The position numbers were made by a program, and so were the translations under genes. Under the pieces are notes generated by a model. The model saw only the letters and a list, made by a program, of their open reading frames with translations. It ran no database searches and was not told the origin of the DNA. From assembly GCF_013122565.1 (NCBI RefSeq), contig NZ_CP053258.1: a stretch of 64,000 bases of DNA, one strand, 5' to 3'. The stretch is from Escherichia coli (GTDB taxonomy: Bacteria > Pseudomonadota > Gammaproteobacteria > Enterobacterales > Enterobacteriaceae). Positions 22,018 to 32,209 of the stretch are shown one piece after another; positions within the stretch are counted from its first letter, which is position 1, and the number at the start of each line of letters is the position of its first letter.

Positions 22018-24060
22018 ATGGATGATAAACAAATTACGGTCTGGCTTAAACACAATTGCTGTTCAACGGACATTCCTGCCATTGCCGAGGCACTAACGAA
22101 CCATGCAGAATGGCTTTTAGAGCTAGCGCCAGATCCTATTGAACAAGGTAGTTCATGTTTACCGCCGACAGCTGCAGCCGGTATTTTTCTTGGCGCAGCG
22201 GCGATGGTTCACTGCGGCGAGGCTAGTGGTGCAGAAACCTGGCTCGAAGCAGCCATTACTGATTACCATTTCTTTAATCCAAATGGATATAGTTCATGGA
22301 GAGGCAGTACGCCTGTTTTTACAGCATTATCGCGTTACCCGGCATTAAGAATGGTGTTATTTAACGCCGCTTGCGCAATGGAAGACTGGAATAAAGCATC
22401 CGCTGTTCTTGAATCGCTTTTCCATGCCAGCGATGTCCCGGAAGATAACCCTGTCGCCCCAAATTTTACCCCTTATGCGCTGAAAGCGTTTATCGCGGAT
22501 TACCACCCGTTAGGACCAGCTCATTATGATGAAACCTGGTTGCTGGCAAAACAAGCGTGGTTAATTAATGCGAGCGTTCTGGATGAGCGAACCTGCAATA
22601 CCTGGAAGCAATATACCCGCCACTTGCGCCATTTGATCCACAATGCACAGTTTGCCGATGCGCTCTCTTTTGTACGCAGTAAAAAAGAACCGTTAAATCA
22701 TATCCATACCTACTCAGACTTTTATCTGTATGCGATTGGTTTATTTTCTTATACTGGTCAGCTAAATGAAGCGCTGACCTGGATAAAACAGTTAATCCAC
22801 AACAATGATGGTCATTTCTGTGATCTTTTCGTTTCAACTGGCAAAGAGCGCCGAATAAAGCCTGAACTTAGTACCTTGCTGAATAATCTCTTGCACAGCG
22901 CAGAGTTTCAGGCGTTGCAGGATAAATATCTCACCGTCGGACATGATGTTGTGCATTCTGGTCCCTTCATGTCAGTTTATGAAAAGGTTCTTGGCGGAAA
23001 GTCCCGAAAGCGCTGCGCGATTAGTCGAAAATTAATCTCGCCCGGCGAAGCGGTTTATGAATATCGTCAGCTGGATAGTGTGGCATATATTGCAGCGAAA
23101 GCGGCCTTTCAGGCATCTGCGCTAAATAATATCGCCCTCCGGCATACAAATGATAGTTATCAGTGGCAGGATTTTGCCGCCCAATGGCCTCGTCGGGGTG
23201 CGCTTTCTCACCCGGATATTGCCCGTTATATGTTTGAGCGCCAGAAAGGGAAATGTTTTGATGCCGCAGAGTTTATTCAACTGATTGCCGAACCGTTTGT
23301 CTTTCCGATGCGTTTCAGATGGGTTGCCGGGTTGTCCTTTGAATTACATCAGTACCCGGATGCCTATTTCGTAAATGACAATATGGCGGGTGAATTTGTT
23401 AATCTCTGCTGGATGGCTATAAAATGCGGACATGCTGGCGACATTTTTAAACAACTGGCGAAGGAGTCGCATGACGTTGCCGACCCTATTTACGCTATGC
23501 TCGCCACGTTTGACCGCGCTGATTGCCGCAGCGCTGCCGCCGCGCACTTTGGACGACCGGAGCTTGCGGAAATAATGGCGCTGGCTTTCAGTTCGAGGTT
23601 ATCGCTCGACAGCGTCCTTACCATCGCTGAGTTTGGTAAAAATCAGCCGCGCTTTTCACATGCGTTGGCAACGGCCCTCCTGCGTTACAACCTGCACATC
23701 TACTCAAACTATATGCCGCAGGTTAACTGGTTCCTTCAGGGGCTGGAACACTATGCTTTGGCAAAAGGCGGTCAACTTTTAAATTTCTTTGTGCATATTC
23801 CAGAACAAATTCCCGTTCTGGCGACCATGCTGGAACATGGCGTATTAGTGCGTGGGATCGGTGAAGGTGCCTATGATGGTTATGATAATTCAGCAAATTC
23901 ATTTCATCATGCCGCCGTGATGCACTGCCTCACGCACGCGCCGGAAAAAGTTCGCTACTGGATGGAAACACCCTGGATTCAGAACTATTTAGTGAATGCG
24001 CCGCTGCGTCAAACGGCGCGCCATGTGGAAGCCTGGCATAAAAAGTTTGGCATCAAATGA
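22018..24060 (+). CDS. Uncharacterised protein of about 680 aa (698 aa from the TTG at 21964); strain-variable insertion between tpx and tyrR
   Basis: Single uninterrupted 2.1 kb ORF; likely start ATG 22018 (GGAG at 22002-22005) or ATG 22009; no recognisable Walker A, TM segment or signal peptide by eye; His/Ala/Leu-rich, presumably alpha-helical; not matched to any family I recognise. Confidence 0.7.
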   Translation: MDDKQITVWLKHNCCSTDIPAIAEALTNHAEWLLELAPDPIEQGSSCLPPTAAAGIFLGAAAMVHCGEASGAETWLEAAITDYHFFNPNGYSSWRGSTPVFTALSRYPALRMVLFNAACAMEDWNKASAVLESLFHASDVPEDNPVAPNFTPYALKAFIADYHPLGPAHYDETWLLAKQAWLINASVLDERTCNTWKQYTRHLRHLIHNAQFADALSFVRSKKEPLNHIHTYSDFYLYAIGLFSYTGQLNEALTWIKQLIHNNDGHFCDLFVSTGKERRIKPELSTLLNNLLHSAEFQALQDKYLTVGHDVVHSGPFMSVYEKVLGGKSRKRCAISRKLISPGEAVYEYRQLDSVAYIAAKAAFQASALNNIALRHTNDSYQWQDFAAQWPRRGALSHPDIARYMFERQKGKCFDAAEFIQLIAEPFVFPMRFRWVAGLSFELHQYPDAYFVNDNMAGEFVNLCWMAIKCGHAGDIFKQLAKESHDVADPIYAMLATFDRADCRSAAAAHFGRPELAEIMALAFSSRLSLDSVLTIAEFGKNQPRFSHALATALLRYNLHIYSNYMPQVNWFLQGLEHYALAKGGQLLNFFVHIPEQIPVLATMLEHGVLVRGIGEGAYDGYDNSANSFHHAAVMHCLTHAPEKVRYWMETPWIQNYLVNAPLRQTARHVEAWHKKFGIK

Positions 24061-24097
24061 ACGTTGCCGCTGCGCCTGAACGGCGCAGCCAGCACAA

Positions 24098-25639
24098 TCA
24101 CTCTTCGCTTTTCTTCTGGTTTAAGCCATATTCCCGCAACTTATTGGCAATCGCGGTATGTGAAACACCGAGACGTTTTGCCAGTTTGCGCGTGCTGGGA
24201 TAATTGCGATAAAGCTGAGTTAATACCGAGCGTTCAAAACGGCTGGTAATTTCGTCCAGCGAACCTTCCATCGCATCTTCGCCCACGGCTACCGTTGCGG
24301 CGTCATAATCAGGCAACAAAATATCCTGAGGACGCAGCTCATAACCGTCCAGTTGTGTCAGTGCGCGATAGATAGCGTTCTTTAACTGCCGCACATTTCC
24401 CGGCCACGCATAACGCGTAAGTACAGTATTCAGGTCAGCGGCCAGTTTCGGACGCGGCACGCCCTGCTCGTCGGCAAAGCGGGCGACGAACAGCTCAGTT
24501 AACGGCATGATGTCCTGCGGACAGTCACGTAGCGGTGGCAGATTGAGCGTCAACACGTTCAGACGATAATAGAGATCTTCACGGAACATGCCTTTTTGCA
24601 CCAGTTCGACCAGATTTTTCTGCGTAGCGCAAATCACCCGCACATCGACATGCACCTCATGGTCTTCGCCAACCCGACGGAAAGTGCCATCATTAAGGAA
24701 ACGCAGTAATTTCGCCTGCATCCGTGGTGACATTTCCCCTATTTCATCCAACAGCACCGAACCACCGTTCGCCTGCTCAAAGAATCCTTTCTTCCCTTCC
24801 GGAGCATGACCAAACAGTTCACTCTCGACCGCATCTTCCGGTATAGACGCACAGTTCAGCGCCAGGTAAGGTTTGCCCGCTCTGGGGCTTGCCTGATGGC
24901 AGGCGTAGGCAAAGAGATCTTTACCTGTACCTGTGTCACCCGTAATCAGCAGCGGCGCGCTTAGCATCGCCAGTTTCTGCGCCTGTTCGACAACGTGCTT
25001 CATTTTCGGGCTGACGGCGACAATTTGACTGAAGGCGCTGACGTCCTGGGCGGCGACATTTTGCAACTGGCGGCCCATACGAATCGTTGATCGCAACATC
25101 ACCACCGCACCGGTCAGGACGTGTTGAGCATTTTCATCCTGAAGATAAACAGGCGTAATCTCCATCAGGAAATTCTGCCCATTAATAACGACATGCTCGT
25201 TATGCGAATCTTGCGGTTCGCTTTCCAGCCAACGTAAAAAATTAAAGCCGTTAATCAATTGTGCGGCGGTATGGTTGCGCAGGCGATCCAATTTTTGCCC
25301 AAAAAGCTGACAGCTCGCCGGGTTCGCCATATCCACTTTGCTTTTCATATCGACAGAGAGCACAGGTTCGGGCAACGCCTCCAGTAACGCGCTCAACGCC
25401 AGATGCTCACGTTCGGAAGGCATCCACGGGACAGTACGCACATCGGTAACACCTGCAATACGGCGTATTTCGGCCATCAGACTGCTGAAACTCTCAAACT
25501 CCAGTTCAGCAAAATTGAGGTAGATTCGCCCAATGGGATCAATCTCAATACCGCGTAAATCAATGCCTCTTAGCACGAGTAGATCGAGTAATTCGCGGGT
25601 CAGACCGAGTCGGTCTTCACAAAAGACTTCCAGACGCAT
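24098..25639 (-). CDS. tyrR: Transcriptional regulator TyrR (513 aa)
   Basis: ACT/PAS N-terminus, sigma54-interaction-type AAA+ domain with GDTGTGKD, C-terminal HTH; start at MRLEVFCEDRLG. Confidence 0.93.
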   Translation of the reverse strand: MRLEVFCEDRLGLTRELLDLLVLRGIDLRGIEIDPIGRIYLNFAELEFESFSSLMAEIRRIAGVTDVRTVPWMPSEREHLALSALLEALPEPVLSVDMKSKVDMANPASCQLFGQKLDRLRNHTAAQLINGFNFLRWLESEPQDSHNEHVVINGQNFLMEITPVYLQDENAQHVLTGAVVMLRSTIRMGRQLQNVAAQDVSAFSQIVAVSPKMKHVVEQAQKLAMLSAPLLITGDTGTGKDLFAYACHQASPRAGKPYLALNCASIPEDAVESELFGHAPEGKKGFFEQANGGSVLLDEIGEMSPRMQAKLLRFLNDGTFRRVGEDHEVHVDVRVICATQKNLVELVQKGMFREDLYYRLNVLTLNLPPLRDCPQDIMPLTELFVARFADEQGVPRPKLAADLNTVLTRYAWPGNVRQLKNAIYRALTQLDGYELRPQDILLPDYDAATVAVGEDAMEGSLDEITSRFERSVLTQLYRNYPSTRKLAKRLGVSHTAIANKLREYGLNQKKSEE

Positions 25640-25709
25640 GGGAACCTTCACCTGAAAAAAGAACAATTAATATGATGATATGACACTATTTGAATAGCAG
25701 GAAGGTTTC

Positions 25710-25727
25710 TGTCAACAATCATTGACA
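25710..25727. promoter_or_regulatory. Candidate TyrR box in tyrR promoter region
   Basis: Palindrome tgtcaacaatcattgaca fits TGTAAA-N6-TTTACA class with conserved G-N14-C spacing, about 70 nt upstream of tyrR start. Confidence 0.4.
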
Positions 25728-25786
25728 CAAAGACGGAAAAACGGGCACTTCGGCGTAAAGATATCCGGTCAGCACCCGATATTGCA

Positions 25787-26848
25787 TTATTTTTCGCTGG
25801 GCGTTTTGCCTTTTTGCAGCGTTTCTTTCACCTGACCGATAAGCTGACGACGGAAATCCCCAAGGCGAGGTTTGTCATCGTCAATCCACGGCAGCGGGCG
25901 GCAAAGCTCCATAGCTTTAATCCCGAGTCGTGCCGTCAGAAGTCCAGCACCAATTCCCTGAGCTGCGCGGGTAGACAAACGAGCAGCGAGATCTTGCGAC
26001 ATCCAGTCCATCCCCACTTCGCGCACCAGTTCGCTGGCTCCGGCGAAAGCGATATTCAGCAATACCAGCTTGAACAGGCGCAAACGGCTGTAATACCCCA
26101 GTTCAATGCCATACAGCGTGGCGATGCGATTAATCAAACGCAGATTGCGCCAGGCGATAAATGCCATATCCACTAGCGCCAGCGGGCTGACCGCAATCAT
26201 CAACGTTGATTCCGCTGCCGAACGGCTGATTTCGCGCCGCGCCTGGGCATCTAAAACTGGCTGGACCAAATGCGCATACAAACTGACCACTTCACGGTCG
26301 TTTTGCGTTTCATGGATTGAGGCATACCAGCGTTGCAGCGCCGGATGTGACTGATCGATGCCCGCCTTCTGCGCCAGTTTTTCGCAAAATGCGCGGCCTT
26401 TGCCGGTTCCGTGGCTATGCAATAAATCACGCGCTTCGTCGCGTTCATGGGCGCGCTGTCGCAAGCGCCATAAGCGCCGCCACTCTGTTACCACGGAACC
26501 TACGCCAGCGCCGATAATCAATGCCCCAGCGGCACATCCACCCAGCGCTACCCAGTCCTGGGTTTGCCAGGCATTCATTGTCCACTGTATACCCTGCCCG
26601 ACAACGCTTGCGCCAAACAGAGCCAGCCCGCCCATCACCATTTTGCGCCACAGGCTGCGTTTCGGACGTAACGCTGCGTCCATTACCGCTTCGACTTGCC
26701 CCTCTTCTTCCTGCGCTTCATCGAGCGTGGCCGGGGCAAAATTTTGCGCCTGATTTTCGTCAAAGGTCTGCTGCGCCCTGAATTTTGGATTCTGATCGAC
26801 CTCCAGCGGACCGTCGAAATCAATACGTGGTTTTAACGGTTCGGTCAT
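25787..26848 (-). CDS. ycjF: Inner-membrane protein YcjF (UPF0283/DUF697, 353 aa)
   Basis: Internal hydrophobic segments; start overlaps ycjX stop by 4 nt (ATGA). Confidence 0.85.
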   Translation of the reverse strand: MTEPLKPRIDFDGPLEVDQNPKFRAQQTFDENQAQNFAPATLDEAQEEEGQVEAVMDAALRPKRSLWRKMVMGGLALFGASVVGQGIQWTMNAWQTQDWVALGGCAAGALIIGAGVGSVVTEWRRLWRLRQRAHERDEARDLLHSHGTGKGRAFCEKLAQKAGIDQSHPALQRWYASIHETQNDREVVSLYAHLVQPVLDAQARREISRSAAESTLMIAVSPLALVDMAFIAWRNLRLINRIATLYGIELGYYSRLRLFKLVLLNIAFAGASELVREVGMDWMSQDLAARLSTRAAQGIGAGLLTARLGIKAMELCRPLPWIDDDKPRLGDFRRQLIGQVKETLQKGKTPSEK

Positions 26849-28242
26849 CGCAATTTATCTCCTATTAAAAATTCCAGCGCAGCATCAAGACGAATATGCG
26901 GTAGTGGTTTGTCGACATCCATCACCTGCGGACGAAATGCCTCAAACTGGAAGCCTTGCTTATCCCAGAACGCCTGACCAGGCAAACGTGCGGGAACTTC
27001 GCCAGGATAAACAGTGAGCGGTGCGCCATCGCTGAGTCGATTACCGCGCAGCGCCGGGATTTTCTCACCGTTAACATCAATAATGCCGCTGGTGGTCGCC
27101 TGAACTGACGCCAGCCCCAGGCAGTCCATGCTGATCCCTTCGAACGCCGCATTTTGCCAGGCATCCTGAATCAGTTGTTGCAGTAATGAAACCATATTAG
27201 CGTGCTGATCGATGGTCACATGGTCCGCTTTAGTAGCAGCAAACAATAGCTTATCGATAACCGGCGAAAACAAACGCCGGAACAGGGTACGCTGCCCGTA
27301 GTGAAAACTTTGCATCAGCTGCGTCAGCGCCAGACGCATATCATTAAATGCCTGTGGCCCACTGTTGAGAGGTTGCAGGCAGTCCACCAGCACAATCTGG
27401 CGGTCAAAGCGCAGAAAATGATTCTTATAGAACCCCTTCACCACCTTCTCGCAATAATAATTAAAGCGCTCGCGCAGCATTCCGGCATTGGTATGCTTGT
27501 CGGCCTGCGCCAGTTTGGACTCACCCCAGACATCGACATCCGGCCACGGGAAGAATTGCAGCGCGGGCGCACCTGCCATATCTCCCGGCAAGACAAAGCG
27601 CCCAGGCTGAATAAAGTGCAGCCCCTGCTGTTTACAGTGGTGGAGATAATCAGTCCAGGCGGTGGCAATGTCTGCCAGCCGGTTTTCGTCGGCAGGCGCT
27701 AGCGGGTCCAGCCCTTCGCACATCATTCGCCATTTCGCCGACCACACGCCGCGCTGACCATTGAGTAAGCCCGTCATCTGGCGCGACCAGCTTAAATAGT
27801 CCTGCGCCAGCATCGGCAGGTCGAGCAACCATTCGCCGGGATAATCCACAATCTCCAGATACAGCGTGGAGGTGTCCTTAAAGTGGCGTAGCAGCGAATC
27901 GTTCGATTTAAAACGTAACGCCAGGCGAATTTCGCTGACGCCGCGCGTTGGCGTTGGCCAGGCGGGTGGATTGCCGTACAGCTGCGCCAGCCCTTCATCA
28001 TAGGTGAAGCGCGGAATGCCAAAGTCACGCTGGGGAATGCGTTTTACGCCCAGCAGGCGCTCTTCACGCACCGCGCTTAACAGCGGCAAACGTGCTCCGG
28101 CGTGAATATTGAGCAACTGATTGACCATCGCAGTGATAAACGCCGTTTTGCCGCTGCGGCTAAGTCCGGTTACGGCGAGGCGCAGATGTCTGTCGACACC
28201 CCGATTCACCAGCGCATTAAGTTCATTTTTAAGTCGCTTCAT
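26845..28242 (-). CDS. ycjX: P-loop NTPase YcjX (DUF463, 465 aa)
   Basis: Walker A GLSRSGKT near N-terminus; start at [12 protein letters not shown] (ORF track extension to 28368 rejected). Confidence 0.85.
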   Translation of the reverse strand: MKRLKNELNALVNRGVDRHLRLAVTGLSRSGKTAFITAMVNQLLNIHAGARLPLLSAVREERLLGVKRIPQRDFGIPRFTYDEGLAQLYGNPPAWPTPTRGVSEIRLALRFKSNDSLLRHFKDTSTLYLEIVDYPGEWLLDLPMLAQDYLSWSRQMTGLLNGQRGVWSAKWRMMCEGLDPLAPADENRLADIATAWTDYLHHCKQQGLHFIQPGRFVLPGDMAGAPALQFFPWPDVDVWGESKLAQADKHTNAGMLRERFNYYCEKVVKGFYKNHFLRFDRQIVLVDCLQPLNSGPQAFNDMRLALTQLMQSFHYGQRTLFRRLFSPVIDKLLFAATKADHVTIDQHANMVSLLQQLIQDAWQNAAFEGISMDCLGLASVQATTSGIIDVNGEKIPALRGNRLSDGAPLTVYPGEVPARLPGQAFWDKQGFQFEAFRPQVMDVDKPLPHIRLDAALEFLIGDKLR

Positions 28243-28394
28243 TGCTGTCCTGTGCTGCTCTGAAGACCAGAAAAACATGTGTAAGGATACAAATGTGGGG
28301 GCCATGCCATTGATTATCAACTGGCCCGTGTTGTCATCCACGGACGAACTCCATAAGATGTGCACCATTCACGTTCGGACGGAGTTCCTTATCT

Positions 28395-29393
28395 ATGTCC
28401 CCTACTATTTATGATATCGCCAGGGTTGCGGGCGTATCAAAATCTACCGTATCACGCGTGCTGAATAAGCAAACTAATATCTCCCCGGAAGCGCGCGAAA
28501 AAGTGTTACGGGCCATTGAAGAATTAGAGTATCAACCAAACAAGCTGGCCCGTGCGCTCACCTCTTCCGGTTTTGATGCGATTATGGTTATTTCTACCCG
28601 TTCCACGAAAACCACGGCGGGTAATCCTTTTTTCTCTGAAGTTCTACATGCCATCACCGCCAAAGCTGAAGAAGAAGGTTTCGACGTGATATTGCAAACG
28701 TCGCACAATCCTGCGGAAGACTTACAAAAATGTGAAAGCAAAATTAAGCAGAAAATGATTAAAGGCATTATTATGCTAAGTTCGCCAGCGGATGAGTCAT
28801 TTTTTGCCCAACTCGATAAATACGATATTCCGGTGGTGGTAATTGGCAAAGTTGAAGGTCAATATGCCCATGTTTATTCTGTCGATACCGATAATTTTGG
28901 CGACAGCATTGCGCTAACCGATGCGTTAATTGAAAGTGGGCATCAAAATATTGCCTGCCTTCATGCACCGCTTGATGTCCATGTTTCGGTTGATCGGGTT
29001 AATGGTTATAAGCAGAGTCTGGAAGATCATAATATTGCAGTGCGTGATGAATGGATCGTTGATGGCGGTTATACCCATGAAACAGCACTGCAAGCAGCAC
29101 GGCAATTATTAAGTCAGTCACCGTTGCCAGAAGCCGTATTTGCCACTGACAGTCTGAAATTAATGAGTATTTATCGTGCGGCGGCAGAGAAAAATATTGC
29201 TATTCCGCAGCAGTTAGCGGTGGTGGGTTATAGTAATGAAACGCTGTCGTTTATTTTAACGCCTGCACCAGGCGGCATCGATGTCCCGACGCAGGAGTTA
29301 GGGCAACAAAGCTGTGAGTTATTATTCCGCTTAATTGCCGGAAAACCGTCACCACAAAATATTACCGTTGCCACGCATATGACGCTGAAATAA
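28395..29393 (+). CDS. ycjW: LacI-family transcriptional regulator YcjW (332 aa)
   Basis: N-terminal Lac[25 protein letters not shown] and periplasmic-binding-protein-like sugar-binding domain. Confidence 0.9.
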   Translation: MSPTIYDIARVAGVSKSTVSRVLNKQTNISPEAREKVLRAIEELEYQPNKLARALTSSGFDAIMVISTRSTKTTAGNPFFSEVLHAITAKAEEEGFDVILQTSHNPAEDLQKCESKIKQKMIKGIIMLSSPADESFFAQLDKYDIPVVVIGKVEGQYAHVYSVDTDNFGDSIALTDALIESGHQNIACLHAPLDVHVSVDRVNGYKQSLEDHNIAVRDEWIVDGGYTHETALQAARQLLSQSPLPEAVFATDSLKLMSIYRAAAEKNIAIPQQLAVVGYSNETLSFILTPAPGGIDVPTQELGQQSCELLFRLIAGKPSPQNITVATHMTLK

Positions 29394-29415
29394 ATACCAG
29401 CTACCTTGCCTGAAT

Positions 29416-29489
29416 GCCGGATGCGATGCTGGCGCATCTTATCCGGCCTACATTTATAGACCGGATAAAGTACTCGCGCCGCATCCGGC
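29416..29489. repeat. Pair of REP palindromes (BIME-like) between ycjW and ompG
   Basis: gccggatgcgatgctggcgcatcttatccggc and gaccggataaagtactcgcgccgcatccggc in inverted orientation. Confidence 0.65.
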
Positions 29490-29503
29490 AATTTAACCCA
29501 TTA

Positions 29504-30409
29504 TCAGAACGAGTAATTTACGCCGACACCTGCATAATGGAATTTATCGCTGTCGCCTTCGTCGTGATTCTGCCACTCAAACGCGTATTCCAGCGAAACG
29601 GAAAGTCCGTTCTGGAAATCATAACCGTAAAATAAACCCACACGGTTAAAATCATGGCCTTCACGTTCAATATCATCCTGCCAGTCCCAGTTACTCCAGC
29701 GATCCAGCCCAATGCGTGTATACGGCGTCACCGAGTGGTTGCCGAGCGTCAGCGGCAAATAGGCGCGAATTTCTTGCGTGGAAAACTCACCGTTATTGCG
29801 GCTGTCGTCCATATTGAAGCCGCGCTCGAGATAATAGTTCACTCGCAAAGCAACCGTTTCGTTGAAGGTATATTGCAGACCTGTTTCCGTTTCTACACGG
29901 GTATCAGCGTAACCGGTCGTGTCCAGATCGTTGGCAAATTTATACATCGACAACCAACCGTTGAAACGTAAATCGTCAGTCAGTTTCACATCCCAGTCTG
30001 GCGCGATTTTCCAGCGCTGCATATTCGCCGTGTCTTTACCCGGTTCATCAACGTAGTGATAACCATAATTACGGAAACCGCCGGTCAGGCCGAAACTGAA
30101 ATCATCGCTTTCGAGGAACTGATAATGCACCTCCAGCTCCGGGCGATCAAACCACGTTCCACGTTTACCCGCGCTATAATCTACCGGCCCTTCCTGATAA
30201 TAGGCCAAAGAAATTCTCCACGGCCCGTTGGCAGCATTAAAATAGACAGAAGGCTCCGCCAGCCCATCCATATCTTCGCCATAACCCTCGACGTTTTCTA
30301 TTTCGTACATCGCGCCGATATTAAAGTGCCAGTCATTCTTTTCCTCTGCCTGTGCGCAGGCCATTCCCGCACACATCACCAGTGCGGTACAGGGTAATAA
30401 CTTTTTCAT
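29504..30409 (-). CDS. ompG: Outer membrane porin OmpG (301 aa)
   Basis: Signal peptide MKKLLPCTALVMCAGMACAQA, beta-barrel with C-terminal ...NYSF. Confidence 0.9.
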   Translation of the reverse strand: MKKLLPCTALVMCAGMACAQAEEKNDWHFNIGAMYEIENVEGYGEDMDGLAEPSVYFNAANGPWRISLAYYQEGPVDYSAGKRGTWFDRPELEVHYQFLESDDFSFGLTGGFRNYGYHYVDEPGKDTANMQRWKIAPDWDVKLTDDLRFNGWLSMYKFANDLDTTGYADTRVETETGLQYTFNETVALRVNYYLERGFNMDDSRNNGEFSTQEIRAYLPLTLGNHSVTPYTRIGLDRWSNWDWQDDIEREGHDFNRVGLFYGYDFQNGLSVSLEYAFEWQNHDEGDSDKFHYAGVGVNYSF

Positions 30410-30453
30410 TATTGTTCCTTGTATTATCCTGGGGGAATGCCTTCCCCCTGTAT

Positions 30454-31536
30454 TTAGCGAATTGCTATTTCCGTTTCTGCATCAAAGAAATGACATTTAG
30501 TCATATCAAAATGAATAGTGATATTTTCTCCTGCATGATAATCATTCAACGCACCAGCACGGACCACTAACTCGTGCCCCCCAACCGTGGTGTAGAGCAT
30601 AAATTCCGCACCGGTTAATTCTGCCACGCTAATTTTGGCGGAAATCTTATTTTCCTCTTGCGCGTCCGGATGAATATCTTCCGGGCGTATTCCCATCACG
30701 ATGGGCTTATGCAAACTTTCCTGTGTTTTCAGAACCGCTAATTTCTCTTCGGGAATGGTTAATTTAAGCGTTTCCGTAACGAATTTATCGCCATCGATCG
30801 TGCCACGAATAAAATTCATCGCCGGTGATCCAATAAATCCGGCAACAAACATATTCGCTGGTTGGTTATAAACCGTTTTCGGCGCACCAACTTGCTGAAC
30901 AATCCCATCCTTCATAATCACAATCCGCGTCGCCATGGTCATCGCTTCGGTCTGATCGTGGGTCACGTAGATCATGGTGGTATTCAGCTTCTGGTGCAGC
31001 TTGCTGATCTCTGCGCGCATTTGCACGCGCAGCTTGGCATCAAGGTTAGAGAGCGGTTCATCCATTAAAAACACGCCCGCTTCGCGCACAATCGCCCGCC
31101 CGAGCGCCACACGCTGGCGTTGCCCGCCGGAAAGCGCGCCCGGCTTGCGTTTCAGGTACTCTCGCAGGCCGAGAATTTGCGCCGCCCAGTTCACCCGCTC
31201 ATCAATCACCTCTTTGGCGATTTTTTGCATCTTCAGGCCAAACGCCATGTTGTCGTAGACCGTCATATGCGGATACAGCGCATAGTTCTGGAACACCATC
31301 GCGATATTGCGCTCTTTAGCCGGAACGTCATTCATTCGTTTGCCGTCGATCAACAGATCGCCGCCGCTGATCTCCTCAAGCCCGGCAATCATGCGAAGGG
31401 TGGTCGACTTACCGCAGCCTGACGGGCCGACAAACACGATGAACTCTTTATCGGCAATTTCCAGGTTGAAGTCCTTCACCACATGCACCTGGTTATCGTA
31501 GATTTTTTGAATATGTTGTAACGAAAGCTGTGCCAT
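30454..31536 (-). CDS. ycjV: ABC transporter ATP-binding protein, MalK-like, apparently intact (360 aa)
   Basis: Walker A GPSGCGKST, signature LSGGQRQR, Walker B FLMDEPLSNLD, C-terminal regulatory domain. Confidence 0.88.
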   Translation of the reverse strand: MAQLSLQHIQKIYDNQVHVVKDFNLEIADKEFIVFVGPSGCGKSTTLRMIAGLEEISGGDLLIDGKRMNDVPAKERNIAMVFQNYALYPHMTVYDNMAFGLKMQKIAKEVIDERVNWAAQILGLREYLKRKPGALSGGQRQRVALGRAIVREAGVFLMDEPLSNLDAKLRVQMRAEISKLHQKLNTTMIYVTHDQTEAMTMATRIVIMKDGIVQQVGAPKTVYNQPANMFVAGFIGSPAMNFIRGTIDGDKFVTETLKLTIPEEKLAVLKTQESLHKPIVMGIRPEDIHPDAQEENKISAKISVAELTGAEFMLYTTVGGHELVVRAGALNDYHAGENITIHFDMTKCHFFDAETEIAIR

Positions 31537-31549
31537 GTTGATTCCTTTG

Positions 31550-32209
31550 CTATACGTTTTGCCAGAAGGCCGATAACCGCGGCCAGGTCAGGGAGTCCGT
31601 TGAGGGCAACAGTAATTGCGCCCCGGTTAAGCCCGCGCCGATCCCCACCGAGCGCATACCGCTGGCGTTAATGGCGTCAATGCCCGCCTGCGCATCTTCA
31701 ATGCCGATACATGCCTGCGGCGGCACGCCCAGCCCGGCACAGGCAGCGAGAAAGATTTCCGGATCCGGTTTCGAGTTTTTAAGTTGGGAAGCATCCGCGC
31801 AGAAGGTGAAAAACTCGCGCAGCTCCAGCGCCGCTAAAATCGTCGGCGCATTCAGGGAGACGGAAGCCAGCCCTACCGGAATCTGCTGTGCACGGAGCTC
31901 TGCCAGCAAATTGCGAATACCGGGCAGCACAGCATTAACCGTCAGCTCGCGCAGTGAGTGGACGTAAAGCAGATTTTTGCGATACGCCAGTTGCGCCCGC
32001 TCCTGCGGGTTAAAGTCGCCCTCTTTGCCCCCGTGTTGCAGAATGCGCCGCAGAGACTCATCGCGGCTGATCCCTTTTAGGGATTCGTTAAACTGCGCAT
32101 CAATGCTGATGCCAATTTCAGCGGCAATCTGCTGCCACGCCTGGAAATGCAGATGCGCGGTATCGGTGATTACACCATCCAGATCGAAAATTACCCCTTG
32201 CAGTTTCAT
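31550..32209 (-). CDS. ycjU: Beta-phosphoglucomutase, HAD superfamily (219 aa)
   Basis: HAD motif [11 protein letters not shown] at N-terminus. Confidence 0.9.
   Translation of the reverse strand: MKLQGVIFDLDGVITDTAHLHFQAWQQIAAEIGISIDAQFNESLKGISRDESLRRILQHGGKEGDFNPQERAQLAYRKNLLYVHSLRELTVNAVLPGIRNLLAELRAQQIPVGLASVSLNAPTILAALELREFFTFCADASQLKNSKPDPEIFLAACAGLGVPPQACIGIEDAQAGIDAINASGMRSVGIGAGLTGAQLLLPSTDSLTWPRLSAFWQNV

Noticed and set aside
21911-24097. Possibility that the tpx-tyrR insertion is a mobile element or prophage remnant
   Set aside because: No integrase, transposase, terminal inverted repeats or obvious direct repeats at the junctions by eye; kept as an unexplained accessory gene rather than called a mobile element.
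26358-26753. 131-aa ORF on the plus strand (and similar antisense ORFs such as 38662..39045, 47498..47959, 35351..35882)
   Set aside because: Each lies entirely antisense within a well-supported conserved gene (ycjF, ycjO, puuB, ycjR/ycjS); Arg/Pro/Ala-rich low-complexity translations are typical shadow ORFs of GC-rich coding sequence.
26845-28368. Long N-terminal extensions in ORF-track entries (ycjX 507 aa, puuC 527 aa, ycjR 305 aa, puuA 498 aa and others)
   Set aside because: Internal ATGs with better RBS context and agreement with known protein lengths were preferred; the extensions overlap upstream genes or promoters.
28121-28414. 97-aa ORF spanning the ycjX start and the ycjX-ycjW intergenic region
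   Set aside because: Overlaps the ycjX N-terminus on the opposite strand and runs into the ycjW start; most likely a chance frame in a divergent promoter region.
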